A stretch of DNA of 64,000 nt from an uncultured Microthrixaceae bacterium (GTDB lineage: Bacteria; Actinomycetota; Acidimicrobiia; Acidimicrobiales; Microtrichaceae): NCBI GenBank assembly GCA_965651815.1, contig CBFGTJ010000001.1:14036-78035 (forward strand), in the 5' to 3' direction. The notes under the pieces are model-generated. The model made no database searches. It worked only from the letters and a program-made list of their open reading frames with translations, and had not been told where the DNA came from. Within the stretch, counting starts at the first letter, position 1. Each line of letters starts with the position of its first letter. This document shows positions 54,839 to 64,000 of the stretch, one piece after another. Both the position numbers and the translations under genes were made by a program.

Positions 54839-54946
54839 GAGCCCCCCTTGTCGTGCAGCTGGCGCGGGGGATGGTAGCTGGGCCAGCGCGTAGGGTTCTG
54901 CGACCGCAGTCGACCGAAGGTGCTCCGAACGAGCAGGGGGCGTGAG

Positions 54947-55696
54947 ATGGCAGAGATCATTCCTGGTGCAGAGCCGATGAGCGTCGAGGGGGGACCCGTC
55001 GGGCTCCTCGTGCTGCACGGGTTCACCGGGAACCCCCAGTCCGTCCGGCCCCTCGCGGAGGGCGCCGCGGCGGCGGGGCACTCGGTCGAGATGCCGCTGC
55101 TGTCCGGCCACGGCACCGTGATCGAGGACATGCTGCCGACCACCTGGGCCGACTGGTCCGCCGACGCCGAGGCGGCCTACGAGCGGCTCGCCGCCCGGAC
55201 CGAGAAGGTGGTCGTCGCCGGGCTCTCGATGGGCGGGTCGCTGACCTGCTGGCTGGCGTCGCGGCACCCCGCGATCGCCGGCATCGTGTGCGTGAACCCG
55301 GCCACCCGGGCCGCCCCGGAGGTGCGCGACTTCATCCAGTCCCTCGTCGACGCCGGCGAGGAGGTCATGGACGGCATCGGCTCCGACGTGTGCAAGGAGG
55401 GCGTCGAGGAGCTCGCCTACAAGGGCACGCCGCTGCGGCCCCTGCTGTCCCTGTTCGACGCGGCCAACGAGATGGGGCAGGAGGCGTTCTCCCGGATCCG
55501 ATGCCCGCTGCTGTTGTTCACCAGCCCCGAGGACCACGTCGTGCCGCCCGCCGACTCCGACTTCCTCGCGGAGGCGGTGTCGGGGCCCGTGGAGCGGGTG
55601 ACCTGCGAGCGCAGCTACCACGTCGCGACGATCGACCACGACCGCGACCTCATCGTCGAGCGCACCCTCGAGTTCGTCGATCGGGTGACCGCCTGA
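54947..55696 (+). CDS. alpha/beta hydrolase (carboxylesterase/monoacylglycerol-lipase-like)
   Basis: About 249 aa from ATG 54947 with [10 protein letters not shown], the nucleophile elbow GLSMGG and a late SYH. Confidence 0.8.
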   Translation: MAEIIPGAEPMSVEGGPVGLLVLHGFTGNPQSVRPLAEGAAAAGHSVEMPLLSGHGTVIEDMLPTTWADWSADAEAAYERLAARTEKVVVAGLSMGGSLTCWLASRHPAIAGIVCVNPATRAAPEVRDFIQSLVDAGEEVMDGIGSDVCKEGVEELAYKGTPLRPLLSLFDAANEMGQEAFSRIRCPLLLFTSPEDHVVPPADSDFLAEAVSGPVERVTCERSYHVATIDHDRDLIVERTLEFVDRVTA

Positions 55697-55704
55697 GCGG
55701 TCGG

Positions 55705-55710
55705 TAGGCT
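55705..55710 (+). promoter_or_regulatory. -10-like hexamer TAGGCT positioned for leaderless gatC
   Basis: It lies 9 nt upstream of ATG 55720. Confidence 0.35.
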
Positions 55711-55719
55711 CGTGCGGCC

Positions 55720-56022
55720 ATGACCGAACGACTCACGACCGCCGAGGTCGCCAAGGTGGCCGAGCTGGCCCGCCTGCGACTCACCCCCGAGGAGCTGGAG
55801 CGGTTCACCGACCAGCTCGCCGCCGTGCTGGACCACGCCGCCGACATCGAGGCACTCGACCTCGACGGCGTCGAGCCGCTCGCACACCCCGTGCAGCTCA
55901 CGAACGTGATGCGCGACGACGAGCCCGGCGAGGTGCTCGACCGCGAGGAGGTCCTCGCCCAGGCACCCGCCACCGAGGAGGGCCAGTTCCGCGTGCCGCC
56001 CGTGCTGGGGGAGGGGGCGTGA
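55720..56022 (+). CDS. gatC: Asp-tRNA(Asn)/Glu-tRNA(Gln) amidotransferase subunit C
   Basis: 100 aa with [21 protein letters not shown] typical of GatC. Confidence 0.92.
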   Translation: MTERLTTAEVAKVAELARLRLTPEELERFTDQLAAVLDHAADIEALDLDGVEPLAHPVQLTNVMRDDEPGEVLDREEVLAQAPATEEGQFRVPPVLGEGA

Positions 56023-57446
56023 GCGCCGGGACCGCCGCCGGCATCGCGGGGGCCGTGCGGGCGGGTGAGCGCCGCGCGGTGGACGTCCTCGAGGAGCACC
56101 TCGCCCGCATCGAGGCCCGCGAGCCCGAGATCCACGCGTTCAACCTCGTCACCACCGACGCGGCCCGCGCCGCCGCCGCGGCGGTCGACGAGCAGGTCGC
56201 CCGGGGCGAGGACCCCGGTCCCCTCGCGGGGGTCCCGGTCGCGCTGAAGGACAACCTGTGCACCCGGGGCATCCCGACCACGTGCTCGTCCCGGATGCTC
56301 GAGGGCTGGGCGCCCCCCTACGACGCCACCGTCGTCGAGCGGCTCGCCGCGGCCGGCGCGGTCGTCGTCGGCAAGACGAACCTGGACGAGTTCGCGATGG
56401 GGTCCTCGACCGAGCACTCGGCGTTCGGCCCCACCCGCAACCCGCACGACACCTCCCGCGTGCCCGGCGGCTCCTCCGGCGGGTCGGCCGCCGCGGTCGC
56501 CGCGGGCTTCAGCCCGATCGCGCTCGGCTCCGACACCGGGGGCTCGATCCGCCAGCCCGCCGCGCTCTGCGGCGTCGTCGGCGTCAAGCCGACCTACGGG
56601 CGGGTGTCGCGGCTCGGGCTCATCGCCTTCGGGTCGTCGCTGGACCAGGTGGGGCCGCTCGCGGCGGACGTCGCCGACGCGGCGCTCGCCTGCGAGGTGA
56701 TCGGCGGGCACGACCCCGGCGACTCGACCTCCCTGCCCGAGCCGTTCCCCGACCTGCGCGCCCACCTGGACGACGGCGTCGAGGGCATGCGCGTCGGCAT
56801 CGTCGCCGAGCTGACCGGCGACGGCATCTCACCCGACGTCGCGGCGCAGGTCCGCGCCGCCGCCGAGGCGCTCGCCGCCGCGGGCGCGTCGGTCGAGGAG
56901 ATCTCGGTCCCCGCGGTGACCTACGGCCTGTCCGCCTACTACCTCGTCGCACCCGCCGAGGCGTCCTCGAACCTCGCCCGCTACGACGGCGTGCGCTACG
57001 GGTTGCGGGTCGAGGCCCCGAACTCGGTGGAGATGATGGAGGCGACGCGCACCGAGGGCTTCGGCGACGAGGTGAAGCGGCGCATCATGCTGGGCACCTA
57101 CGCGCTCTCCGCCGGCTACTACGACGCCTTCTACGGCAAGGCGCTCAAGGTGCGCACGCTGATCCGGCGCGACTTCGAGGCCGCCTACTCGAAGGTCGAC
57201 GTGCTGATCTCGCCCACGTCGCCGACCACCGCGTTCCGGTTCGGGGAGCGCTCCGCCGACCCGATGGCCATGTACCTCAGCGACGTCTGCACGATCGTCG
57301 CGAACCTCGCCGGCCACCCCGCGATGTCGGTGCCGTACGGGACCGACGCCGAGGGGCTGCCCGTGGGCGTGCAGGTGATGGCACCCGCGCTCGGCGAGGT
57401 GCCCATGTTCCGCGTCGCCGCCGCGCTCGAGAGGAGCCTCGCATGA
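56019..57446 (+). CDS. gatA: amidotransferase subunit A
   Basis: 475 aa with the amidase signature [14 protein letters not shown]. Confidence 0.95.
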   Translation: MSAGTAAGIAGAVRAGERRAVDVLEEHLARIEAREPEIHAFNLVTTDAARAAAAAVDEQVARGEDPGPLAGVPVALKDNLCTRGIPTTCSSRMLEGWAPPYDATVVERLAAAGAVVVGKTNLDEFAMGSSTEHSAFGPTRNPHDTSRVPGGSSGGSAAAVAAGFSPIALGSDTGGSIRQPAALCGVVGVKPTYGRVSRLGLIAFGSSLDQVGPLAADVADAALACEVIGGHDPGDSTSLPEPFPDLRAHLDDGVEGMRVGIVAELTGDGISPDVAAQVRAAAEALAAAGASVEEISVPAVTYGLSAYYLVAPAEASSNLARYDGVRYGLRVEAPNSVEMMEATRTEGFGDEVKRRIMLGTYALSAGYYDAFYGKALKVRTLIRRDFEAAYSKVDVLISPTSPTTAFRFGERSADPMAMYLSDVCTIVANLAGHPAMSVPYGTDAEGLPVGVQVMAPALGEVPMFRVAAALERSLA

Positions 57447-58873
57447 GTGCCGCCACCGGCTTCGACCCCGCCGAGTGGGAGGTCGTCATCGGGTTGGAGG
57501 TGCACGCCGAGCTGGCGACCCGCACCAAGCTGTTCTCCGCCGCGCCCAACCGCTTCGGCGAGGAGCCCAACACCCACATCGACGCGCTCACCCTCGGCCT
57601 GCCCGGTTCGCTCCCCGTGCTGAACCGCCATGCCGTCGAGCTGGCGATCCGGGTGGGGCTCGCCCTCAACTGCACGGTGCAGCGCTCCGTGTTCGCGCGG
57701 AAGAACTACTTCTACCCGGACCAGTCGAAGAACTACCAGATCTCCCAGTACGAGCTGCCGATCAACCGTGACGGCTGGCTCGAGCTGCCGAGCGGCAAGG
57801 TGGTCGGCATCGAGCGGGCCCACCTCGAGGAGGACACCGGCAAGACCACCCACGTGGGTGGCGGTGGCCGCATCCACGAGGCCGAGTACTCGCTGGTCGA
57901 CTACAACCGCGCCGGCGTGCCGTTGCTCGAGATCGTCGGCCGCCCCGACCTGCGCTCCGCGGAGGAGGCCCGCGCCTACGTGTCGGAGCTGCGGGCGATC
58001 CTCGTGGCCGTCGGTGCCTCCGACGGCAAGATGGAGGAGGGCTCGCTGCGCGTCGACTGCAACGTGTCGGTGCGGCGCCGCGGCGAGGACGCGCTCGGCA
58101 CCCGCTGCGAGATCAAGAACATCAACTCGCTGCGCAGCCTCGGCCGCGCGATCGAGTACGAGGCGGCCCGCCAGGTCGACCTCATCACCTCGGGCGAGCG
58201 GGTGGAGCAGCAGACCCGCCACTGGAACGAGGAGGACGGGCGCACCCACACGCTGCGCTCGAAGGAGGAGTCCGACGACTACCGGTACTTCCCCGACCCC
58301 GACCTCGTCGTGCTCGACCCGTCAGAGGAGTGGATCGAGCAGGTGCGTGCCGACCTGCCGATGCTGCCCGCCGCCCGCCGGCACCGCCTCGCGGAGCGCA
58401 GCGGCGTCGAGCTCGAGCGCACCGCGCTGATCGTCGAGCGGGGCCTCGACGAGCTGTGCCTCGCCGCGATCGACGCCGGGGCGGACCCCGCCCGCACGCT
58501 CACCCACGCCGAGCACAACCTCGCGGACGAGCGGGCCACGGGGCTCGACCCCGCGGCGTTCGCCGAGCTGGTCACCATGGAGGTGGACGGCAAGCTCACC
58601 GCCACCCAGGCCAAGACGGTGCTCGCCGAGATGGTCGAGAAGGGCGGTGCACCCGCCGAGATCGCCGCGGCGCACGGGTTCGAGGCGATGGACACCTCCC
58701 AGCTCGAGGCGATGGTCGACGAGCTCATCGCCGCCCACCCCGACGAGTGGCAGCGCTTCTGCGACGGCGACGCCAAGATCACCGGCTTCTTCGTCGGCCA
58801 GGTGATGAAGGCCACCAAGGGCAAGGCGGACGGCAAGGTCGTCACCGGGCTGCTGCACCAGCGCAAGGGCTGA
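57443..58873 (+). CDS. gatB: amidotransferase subunit B
   Basis: 476 aa. ATG 57443 overlaps the gatA stop. It has [10 protein letters not shown] and [10 protein letters not shown]. Confidence 0.95.
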   Translation: MSAATGFDPAEWEVVIGLEVHAELATRTKLFSAAPNRFGEEPNTHIDALTLGLPGSLPVLNRHAVELAIRVGLALNCTVQRSVFARKNYFYPDQSKNYQISQYELPINRDGWLELPSGKVVGIERAHLEEDTGKTTHVGGGGRIHEAEYSLVDYNRAGVPLLEIVGRPDLRSAEEARAYVSELRAILVAVGASDGKMEEGSLRVDCNVSVRRRGEDALGTRCEIKNINSLRSLGRAIEYEAARQVDLITSGERVEQQTRHWNEEDGRTHTLRSKEESDDYRYFPDPDLVVLDPSEEWIEQVRADLPMLPAARRHRLAERSGVELERTALIVERGLDELCLAAIDAGADPARTLTHAEHNLADERATGLDPAAFAELVTMEVDGKLTATQAKTVLAEMVEKGGAPAEIAAAHGFEAMDTSQLEAMVDELIAAHPDEWQRFCDGDAKITGFFVGQVMKATKGKADGKVVTGLLHQRKG

Positions 58874-59448
58874 TGGGCGGCGCGCGGGCCCGGGTCCTCC
58901 CCGCGGTCCTGGCAGTGACGCTCGCGCTCCTCGCCGGGTGCACGAGCACGTCGGAGACCGCCGAGCTCGGCCACGACCCGGCCGACGAGACGGTCCCCGG
59001 CAACCTGCCCACCGCGCCGACCACCTCGCCCGACGACGGGGCGGGCCTCACGCCCAACGCGAACGCGCTGCTGGCCGAGCTCGAGTCGCTGCGGGAGGAG
59101 ACGGACCTGTGCCGGATCCTGTCGGGGGCTGCGTTCGAGGGGCTGCTCACCGAGGAGCTCGACACCACCGCGCTGGTCACCAACCCGGCCGGGCTCAGCC
59201 GGCTCATCACCGCGGTCGACGCGACCTTCGCCCACCTCGTCGAGATCGCACCACCGGAGCTGACCGCCGCCATGGCGACGGTGCGGGACGTGTGGACCCG
59301 CCTCGCCTCGCTGGGCCCGGTCGCCGACGCGGAGGAGCGGGTCAAGGAGGTGCTCGCCGAGCCGGGGGTCGTCGCGGCGAACGCGGCGATCCTCGACTGG
59401 GCGGGGGCGAACTGCGTGCGCAGCGCCATCACCGACCTGCCGGGGTGA
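58873..59448 (+). CDS. lipoprotein, hypothetical
   Basis: 191 aa with lipobox LLAGC. Its ATG shares one base with the gatB stop (TGATG). Confidence 0.6.
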   Translation: MGGARARVLPAVLAVTLALLAGCTSTSETAELGHDPADETVPGNLPTAPTTSPDDGAGLTPNANALLAELESLREETDLCRILSGAAFEGLLTEELDTTALVTNPAGLSRLITAVDATFAHLVEIAPPELTAAMATVRDVWTRLASLGPVADAEERVKEVLAEPGVVAANAAILDWAGANCVRSAITDLPG

Positions 59449-59456
59449 CGCGGCGC

Positions 59457-59462
59457 TACATT
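59457..59462 (+). promoter_or_regulatory. -10-like hexamer TACATT positioned for leaderless acyl-CoA synthetase gene
   Basis: It lies 6 nt upstream of GTG 59469. Confidence 0.35.
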
Positions 59463-59468
59463 CCGGCC

Positions 59469-61007
59469 GTGGCAACGATCTGGCAACTCATCGACGCGAA
59501 GGCCGACGAGATCCCCGACCGCACCCTGTTCATCGCGGAGGACGACTCGTCGATCACCTACGGGGAGTTCCGCGACCGGGCCGAACGCCTCGCGGCCGGG
59601 CTCCACGCCGCAGGCGTCGGGTCCGGCACCCGGGTCACCTGGCAGCTGCCCTCGTGCATCCCGACGGTGCTCGTGACCGCGGCGCTGGCCCGCCTCGACG
59701 CGGTGCAGAGCCCGGTGCTGCACCTGTACCGCGAGAAGGAGCTCGGGTTCGTGATGCGCCACACCGGCGCGGAGGTGTGCATCGTCCCCGACGAGTGGAA
59801 GGGCTTCGACTACGCCGGCATGGCGCGCAAGCTCGCCGAGGGCATGGACCCCTCGCCACGGGTGATCACCCTCGAGGAGCTCACCGAGGGCGACCCGTCG
59901 ACCCTGCCCCCGCCCGCGTCGTTCCCCGACGGTGAGGAGCCGATCCGCTGGATCTACTCCACCTCCGGCACGACCTCCGACCCCAAGGGGGTGCAGCACA
60001 CCGACGGCACCCTGCTCGCCGGCGGCCGCGGGCTGGCCGACGCGCTGCAGATGACCCCCGACGACGTCGGGTCCATCGCGTTCCCGTTCGCGCACATCGC
60101 AGGTCCCGACTACCTGGTGATGATGCTGCTGTCGGGCATGTCGGCGGTGATCGTCGAGGCCTTCTCGCCGAGCGACGCCGTCGAGCTCTACCGGCGCCAC
60201 GGCGTGACCATGGCCGGCGGCGCGACCGCCTTCTACCAGATGTTCCTCGCCGAGCAGCGCAAGCAGCCCGGCGAGCCGATCATCCCGACCCTGCGCGCGC
60301 TGTCCGGCGGCGGCGCGCCCCTGCCGCCCGAGCTGTACCGCGAGGTGCGCGAGGAGATGGGCATCAAGATCTGCCACGGCTACGGCATGACCGAGGTGCC
60401 GATGATCACCCAGGGCGGCCCGTCCGACAGCGACGAGCAGCTCGCCCACACCACCGGCAAGCCGGTCACGGGCGCCGAGGTCCGCATCGTCACCGACGCC
60501 GGCGAGGTGGCACCCCCCGGCGTGGACGGCGAGGTGCGGGTCAAGGGCCCGATGGTCTGCAAGGGCTACACCGACCCGGCGCTGACCGCCGAGGCGTTCG
60601 ACGAGGACGGCTACTTCCGCACCGGCGACATCGGCCACCTGCGCGAGGACGGCCACGTGGTGCTGACCGGGCGGCTCAAGGACATCATCATCCGCAAGGG
60701 CGAGAACATTTCCGCCAAGGAGATCGAGGACCTCCTCTACGCGCACCCGAAGGTCGGCGACGTCGCGGTCATCGGCCTGCCGGACCGCGAGCGGGGGGAG
60801 CGCGTGTGCGCCGTGGTGGAGCCGCCGGAGGGCGGCGAGGCGATCACCTTCGACGAGATGGTCGCGCACCTCCAGGCCCAGGGGCTCACGAAGTTCAAGA
60901 CCCCCGAGCAGCTCGAGGTCGTCGACTCGCTGCCGCGCAACGAGACGCTGCGCAAGGTCCTCAAGTACAAGCTGCGCGAGGAGTTCGCGGGGAAGCAGTG
61001 GCCCTGA
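59469..61007 (+). CDS. AMP-dependent synthetase/ligase (acyl-CoA synthetase family)
   Basis: About 512 aa with the AMP-binding motif YSTSGTTSDPKGV, followed by GYGMTE, TGDIG and KGENIS. Confidence 0.9.
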   Translation: MATIWQLIDAKADEIPDRTLFIAEDDSSITYGEFRDRAERLAAGLHAAGVGSGTRVTWQLPSCIPTVLVTAALARLDAVQSPVLHLYREKELGFVMRHTGAEVCIVPDEWKGFDYAGMARKLAEGMDPSPRVITLEELTEGDPSTLPPPASFPDGEEPIRWIYSTSGTTSDPKGVQHTDGTLLAGGRGLADALQMTPDDVGSIAFPFAHIAGPDYLVMMLLSGMSAVIVEAFSPSDAVELYRRHGVTMAGGATAFYQMFLAEQRKQPGEPIIPTLRALSGGGAPLPPELYREVREEMGIKICHGYGMTEVPMITQGGPSDSDEQLAHTTGKPVTGAEVRIVTDAGEVAPPGVDGEVRVKGPMVCKGYTDPALTAEAFDEDGYFRTGDIGHLREDGHVVLTGRLKDIIIRKGENISAKEIEDLLYAHPKVGDVAVIGLPDRERGERVCAVVEPPEGGEAITFDEMVAHLQAQGLTKFKTPEQLEVVDSLPRNETLRKVLKYKLREEFAGKQWP

Positions 61008-62242
61008 CGGTCCGGTCGCTGGCGGAGCACGCGGACCCCGACGCCGCGCTCGCCGCCTACCACCGGGTCGACGCGGCCGCGTTCGGCTCGGCGCCGGACC
61101 CCTCGGTGCTCGGGGCGAAGCGGCCGCTCGTCGAGCCCGACCGCTGGCTGCTCGCCTCCCTCGACGACGAGCCGTGCGGTGGCGTGGGCTCCTTCCCGTT
61201 CGAGCTGACGGTGCCGGGCGGGTCGACGGTGCCCGTCTCGGGGGTGGCCGACGTCGGCGTGCTGCCGACCCACCGCCGGCGCGGGGTGCTGCGCGCGCTG
61301 CTGCAGCGGCAGCTGGACGAGCTGGCCGAACGGGGCGACGTCGCCGCGGTCCTCCACGCCTCCGAGGCGGGCATCTACCGGCGCTTCGGCTTCGGCCCCG
61401 CGACCCGGTGGCGCCACGTCGACATCGACGTGCGCGGCGCGGCGTTCGCACCGGGATGGCCCGATCCGGGCGGCAGGTACCGGATGCTGCCGAGGGACGA
61501 GGCGCTCGCACCGTGCGCCGAGGCCCACGAGCGGGCCCGCCTCGGCCGCGCCGGGGGCCTCTCCCGCAGCGAGGCGTGGTGGCGGGTCGTGCTCGGAGAG
61601 GTGCCCCTCTACCTCGGCGGCGGGCGGGACCGGCACGTGGTGCTGCACGCGGACGACCGGGGCGAGGTCGACGGCTACGCGATCTACAGCGTGCGCGAGG
61701 ACTGGTCGGGCGGGCGCGCCGGCCACACGCTGCACGCATCCGAGGTGGTCGCCGCGGACGAGCGGGTCGAGCTGGGCCTGTGGCGCACGCTGCTCGACCA
61801 CGACCTCGTCGAGCGTGCCACCGGGCCGCTGCCCGTCGACCACACGCTGTGGGACGTGCTCGTCGACCCGCGCCGGGCCCGGGTCCGGTGGGAGCAGGAC
61901 CTCCTGTGGGCCCGCCCCCTCGACGTCCCCGCGGCGCTGTCGGCTCGCACCTACGCGGCGGACGGCTCGGTGGTCCTCGACGTGCTCGACCGGTTCCGCC
62001 CCGACACCGCCGGACGGTTCGAGCTGGGCGCTGAGCAGGGGAAGGCGTCCTGCGAGCCCACCACGCGGCCCGCCGAGCTCCGGCTGGACGTGTCGGACCT
62101 GGCCGCGTGCTGGCTGGGCGACGCGTCCGTGCGCCGGCTGGTGCGGGCCGGCCGGGTGGAGGAGCTCGCCGAGGGCGCCGCGGCGCGGGCGGACGCGATG
62201 TTCGCGACGGAGCGGGCCCCGTGGTGCTGGGTGCGGTTCTGA
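60998..62242 (+). CDS. Eis-like GNAT N-acetyltransferase with C-terminal SCP2-like domain
   Basis: About 414 aa from GTG 60998, overlapping the upstream gene by 10 nt. The acetyl-CoA motif is VLPTHRRRGVLRALL. Length and three-domain pattern resemble Eis. Confidence 0.7.
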   Translation: MALTVRSLAEHADPDAALAAYHRVDAAAFGSAPDPSVLGAKRPLVEPDRWLLASLDDEPCGGVGSFPFELTVPGGSTVPVSGVADVGVLPTHRRRGVLRALLQRQLDELAERGDVAAVLHASEAGIYRRFGFGPATRWRHVDIDVRGAAFAPGWPDPGGRYRMLPRDEALAPCAEAHERARLGRAGGLSRSEAWWRVVLGEVPLYLGGGRDRHVVLHADDRGEVDGYAIYSVREDWSGGRAGHTLHASEVVAADERVELGLWRTLLDHDLVERATGPLPVDHTLWDVLVDPRRARVRWEQDLLWARPLDVPAALSARTYAADGSVVLDVLDRFRPDTAGRFELGAEQGKASCEPTTRPAELRLDVSDLAACWLGDASVRRLVRAGRVEELAEGAAARADAMFATERAPWCWVRF

Positions 62243-62255
62243 TGGGCGGTCGGTG

Positions 62256-62762
62256 ATGGCGCGCAGCTCAGGTGCCGAACCGGACGACCGCCGTCCCTCG
62301 CTGCGCCCGGAGCTGCTGTCCGGACGCTCGCTCGAGCCGCCGCCACGCCGATGGCGGGAGGTGCTGCGCGAGCACCGCGGCAAGGTCGCCGCGGCGATCG
62401 CGGTCGTCCTGGTCGCCGCCGGCCTGCTCACCGGCAAGGTCGTCGCCGAGCGGTCCGCGGACCGGGCCACCGCGGCCCGCGCGGAGGAGCTGCGCGAGCT
62501 GCTCGAGGGGGCGTCGCCCGAGGAGTTCCTCGCGTTCAACGCGGGCGTGCGCACGCCCGGGTCGCTCGCCGCGCGCGTCGCCGAGCAGGACGGGTTCATG
62601 AGCGTCGACGCGAACGCGCAGCGCTCGTTCATCCGGGTGCAGCCCTCGGGGTGGTGGGCCGGCTTCACCGAGCGCTGCCTCGTCGCGGTGGTCCGCGACG
62701 AGGGGGTGGCGGTCACGGTGCCGAAGACCGCGTGCGTCCGCGTCGGGGCACCGGCCCGCTGA
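62256..62762 (+). CDS. membrane-anchored hypothetical protein
   Basis: 168 aa with one TM helix. I do not recognise the family. Confidence 0.5.
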   Translation: MARSSGAEPDDRRPSLRPELLSGRSLEPPPRRWREVLREHRGKVAAAIAVVLVAAGLLTGKVVAERSADRATAARAEELRELLEGASPEEFLAFNAGVRTPGSLAARVAEQDGFMSVDANAQRSFIRVQPSGWWAGFTERCLVAVVRDEGVAVTVPKTACVRVGAPAR

Positions 62763-62767
62763 TCACC

Positions 62768-62773
62768 TACGTT
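62768..62773 (+). promoter_or_regulatory. -10-like hexamer TACGTT positioned for leaderless ilvD
   Basis: It lies 6 nt upstream of ATG 62780. Confidence 0.35.
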
Positions 62774-62779
62774 TGGGGC

Positions 62780-64000
62780 ATGAGCGAACCGAACGACCTC
62801 AAGCTCCGCTCGCACGACGTCACGGACTTCCCGACCCGCTCCCCTGCGAGGGCCATGCTGCGGGCGACCGGGATGACCGACGCCGACTGGGACAAGCCGC
62901 AGGTCGGCGTGGTGTCCTCCTGGAACGAGGTCACCCCCTGCAACATGCCGCTGGACCGCCTGGCGAAGCGCTCCAAGCAGGGCGTGGTCGACGCCGGCGG
63001 CGTCCCCGTCGAGTTCAACACGATCGCGGTGTCCGACGGGATCTCGATGGGGCACGAGGGCATGCGCGCCTCGCTGGTGTCCCGCGAGGTGATCGCGGAC
63101 TCGGTCGAGACCGTGATGCACGCCGAGCGCTTCGACGCGATGGTCACCTTCGCGGGCTGCGACAAGTCGCTCCCGGGCATGCTGATGGCCGCCGCCCGCC
63201 TCAACCTGCCGTCGGTGTTCCTCTACGGCGGCTCCAAGCTGCCCGGCAACTGGAACGGCAAGGTGCTCGACATCACCTCGGTGTTCGAGGCGGTCGGGGC
63301 GCACGCCACCGGCGCGATCGACGACGACGAGCTCCGCCACATCGAGGAGAACGCCTGCCCGACGATCGGCGCGTGCGCCGGCATGTTCACCGCCAACACG
63401 ATGGCCTCGGTGGGCGAGGCCCTGGGCATGTCGCTGCCCGGCTCCGCGTCGGCGGCCGCGGTCGACCGCCGCCGCGACGACTTCGCCTACGCGTCCGGCA
63501 CCGCGGTGCTCAACCTGCTCCGCCGGAACATCCGCCCGCGGGACATCCTCACCAAGGGGGCGTTCGAGAACGCGATCGCGGTGGTCATGGCGCTCGGCGG
63601 GTCCACCAACGCGGTGCTCCACCTGCTCGCGATCGCGCACGAGGCGCACGTCGAGCTCGAGCTGGACGACTTCAACAAGGTCGCCGCCCGGGTCCCGCAC
63701 CTCGCCGACACCAAGCCGCACGGCAAGTACCACATGCAGGACATCGACCGCATCGGCGGGGTGCCCGTCGTGATGCGCATGCTGCTCGAGGAGGGGCTGC
63801 TGCACGGCGACGAGGTCACCGTCACCGGCCGCACCGTGGCGGAGAACCTCGAGATGCTCGATCCGCCCGCCCCCGACGGCGAGGTGGTCCACACCTTCGA
63901 CGACCCCATCCACGACCTCGGCGGCATCGCCGTCCTGCAGGGTTCGCTCGCACCCGCCGGTGCGGTCGTGAAGGTCGCCGGCATCGACTTCGAGCAGTTC
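62780..64000 (+). CDS. ilvD: dihydroxy-acid dehydratase (3' end outside window)
   Basis: My own translation gives [56 protein letters not shown]...[29 protein letters not shown]. It is absent from the ORF track because no stop is reached. Confidence 0.9.
   Translation, partial: MSEPNDLKLRSHDVTDFPTRSPARAMLRATGMTDADWDKPQVGVVSSWNEVTPCNMPLDRLAKRSKQGVVDAGGVPVEFNTIAVSDGISMGHEGMRASLVSREVIADSVETVMHAERFDAMVTFAGCDKSLPGMLMAAARLNLPSVFLYGGSKLPGNWNGKVLDITSVFEAVGAHATGAIDDDELRHIEENACPTIGACAGMFTANTMASVGEALGMSLPGSASAAAVDRRRDDFAYASGTAVLNLLRRNIRPRDILTKGAFENAIAVVMALGGSTNAVLHLLAIAHEAHVELELDDFNKVAARVPHLADTKPHGKYHMQDIDRIGGVPVVMRMLLEEGLLHGDEVTVTGRTVAENLEMLDPPAPDGEVVHTFDDPIHDLGGIAVLQGSLAPAGAVVKVAGIDFEQF

Overview
Very GC-rich, densely coding chromosomal segment of actinobacterial type. 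I call about 59 CDS, three tRNAs and one aberrant tRNA-like gene. I found no rRNA, CRISPR array, transposase, integrase or recognisable defence or toxin module. Most of the content is core metabolism and housekeeping: murA, ligA, gatCAB, mnmA plus a cysteine desulfurase, ilvD (3' truncated), a PASTA Ser/Thr kinase, and a complete trehalose-to-alpha-glucan (GlgE pathway) supercluster (glgP, glgE, treS, mak, glgB). The less ordinary parts follow. (1) A tadE / tadG-like / oversized Flp-like pseudopilin operon ends in a Zur-type regulator gene. It is divergent from a metal ABC importer that has no ATPase gene. The shared promoter carries a 7-1-7 palindrome, and its two half-sites recur as a direct repeat in front of zur. 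(2) A seven-gene MoxR / DUF58 / DUF4350 / DUF4129 / SpoIIM-like / RDD membrane cluster has no assigned function. (3) At the treS-mak junction, conserved Mak N-terminal coding sequence lies upstream of any canonical start codon. (4) Two non-canonical genes sit inside the glucan cluster: a TolB-like propeller translationally coupled to glgE, and an AT3-SGNH acyltransferase. (5) A degenerate copy of tRNA-Lys(CUU) lies next to the intact gene. (6) About 20 operon-first genes have a TAnnnT -10-like hexamer 6-9 nt upstream of the start codon, which implies leaderless mRNAs. All calls come from reading the sequence and the ORF translations. No database search was run, and family names are recognised from motifs only. 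I do not see a clear-cut novel system. The Zur/pseudopilin locus and the MoxR cluster are the best candidates for follow-up.
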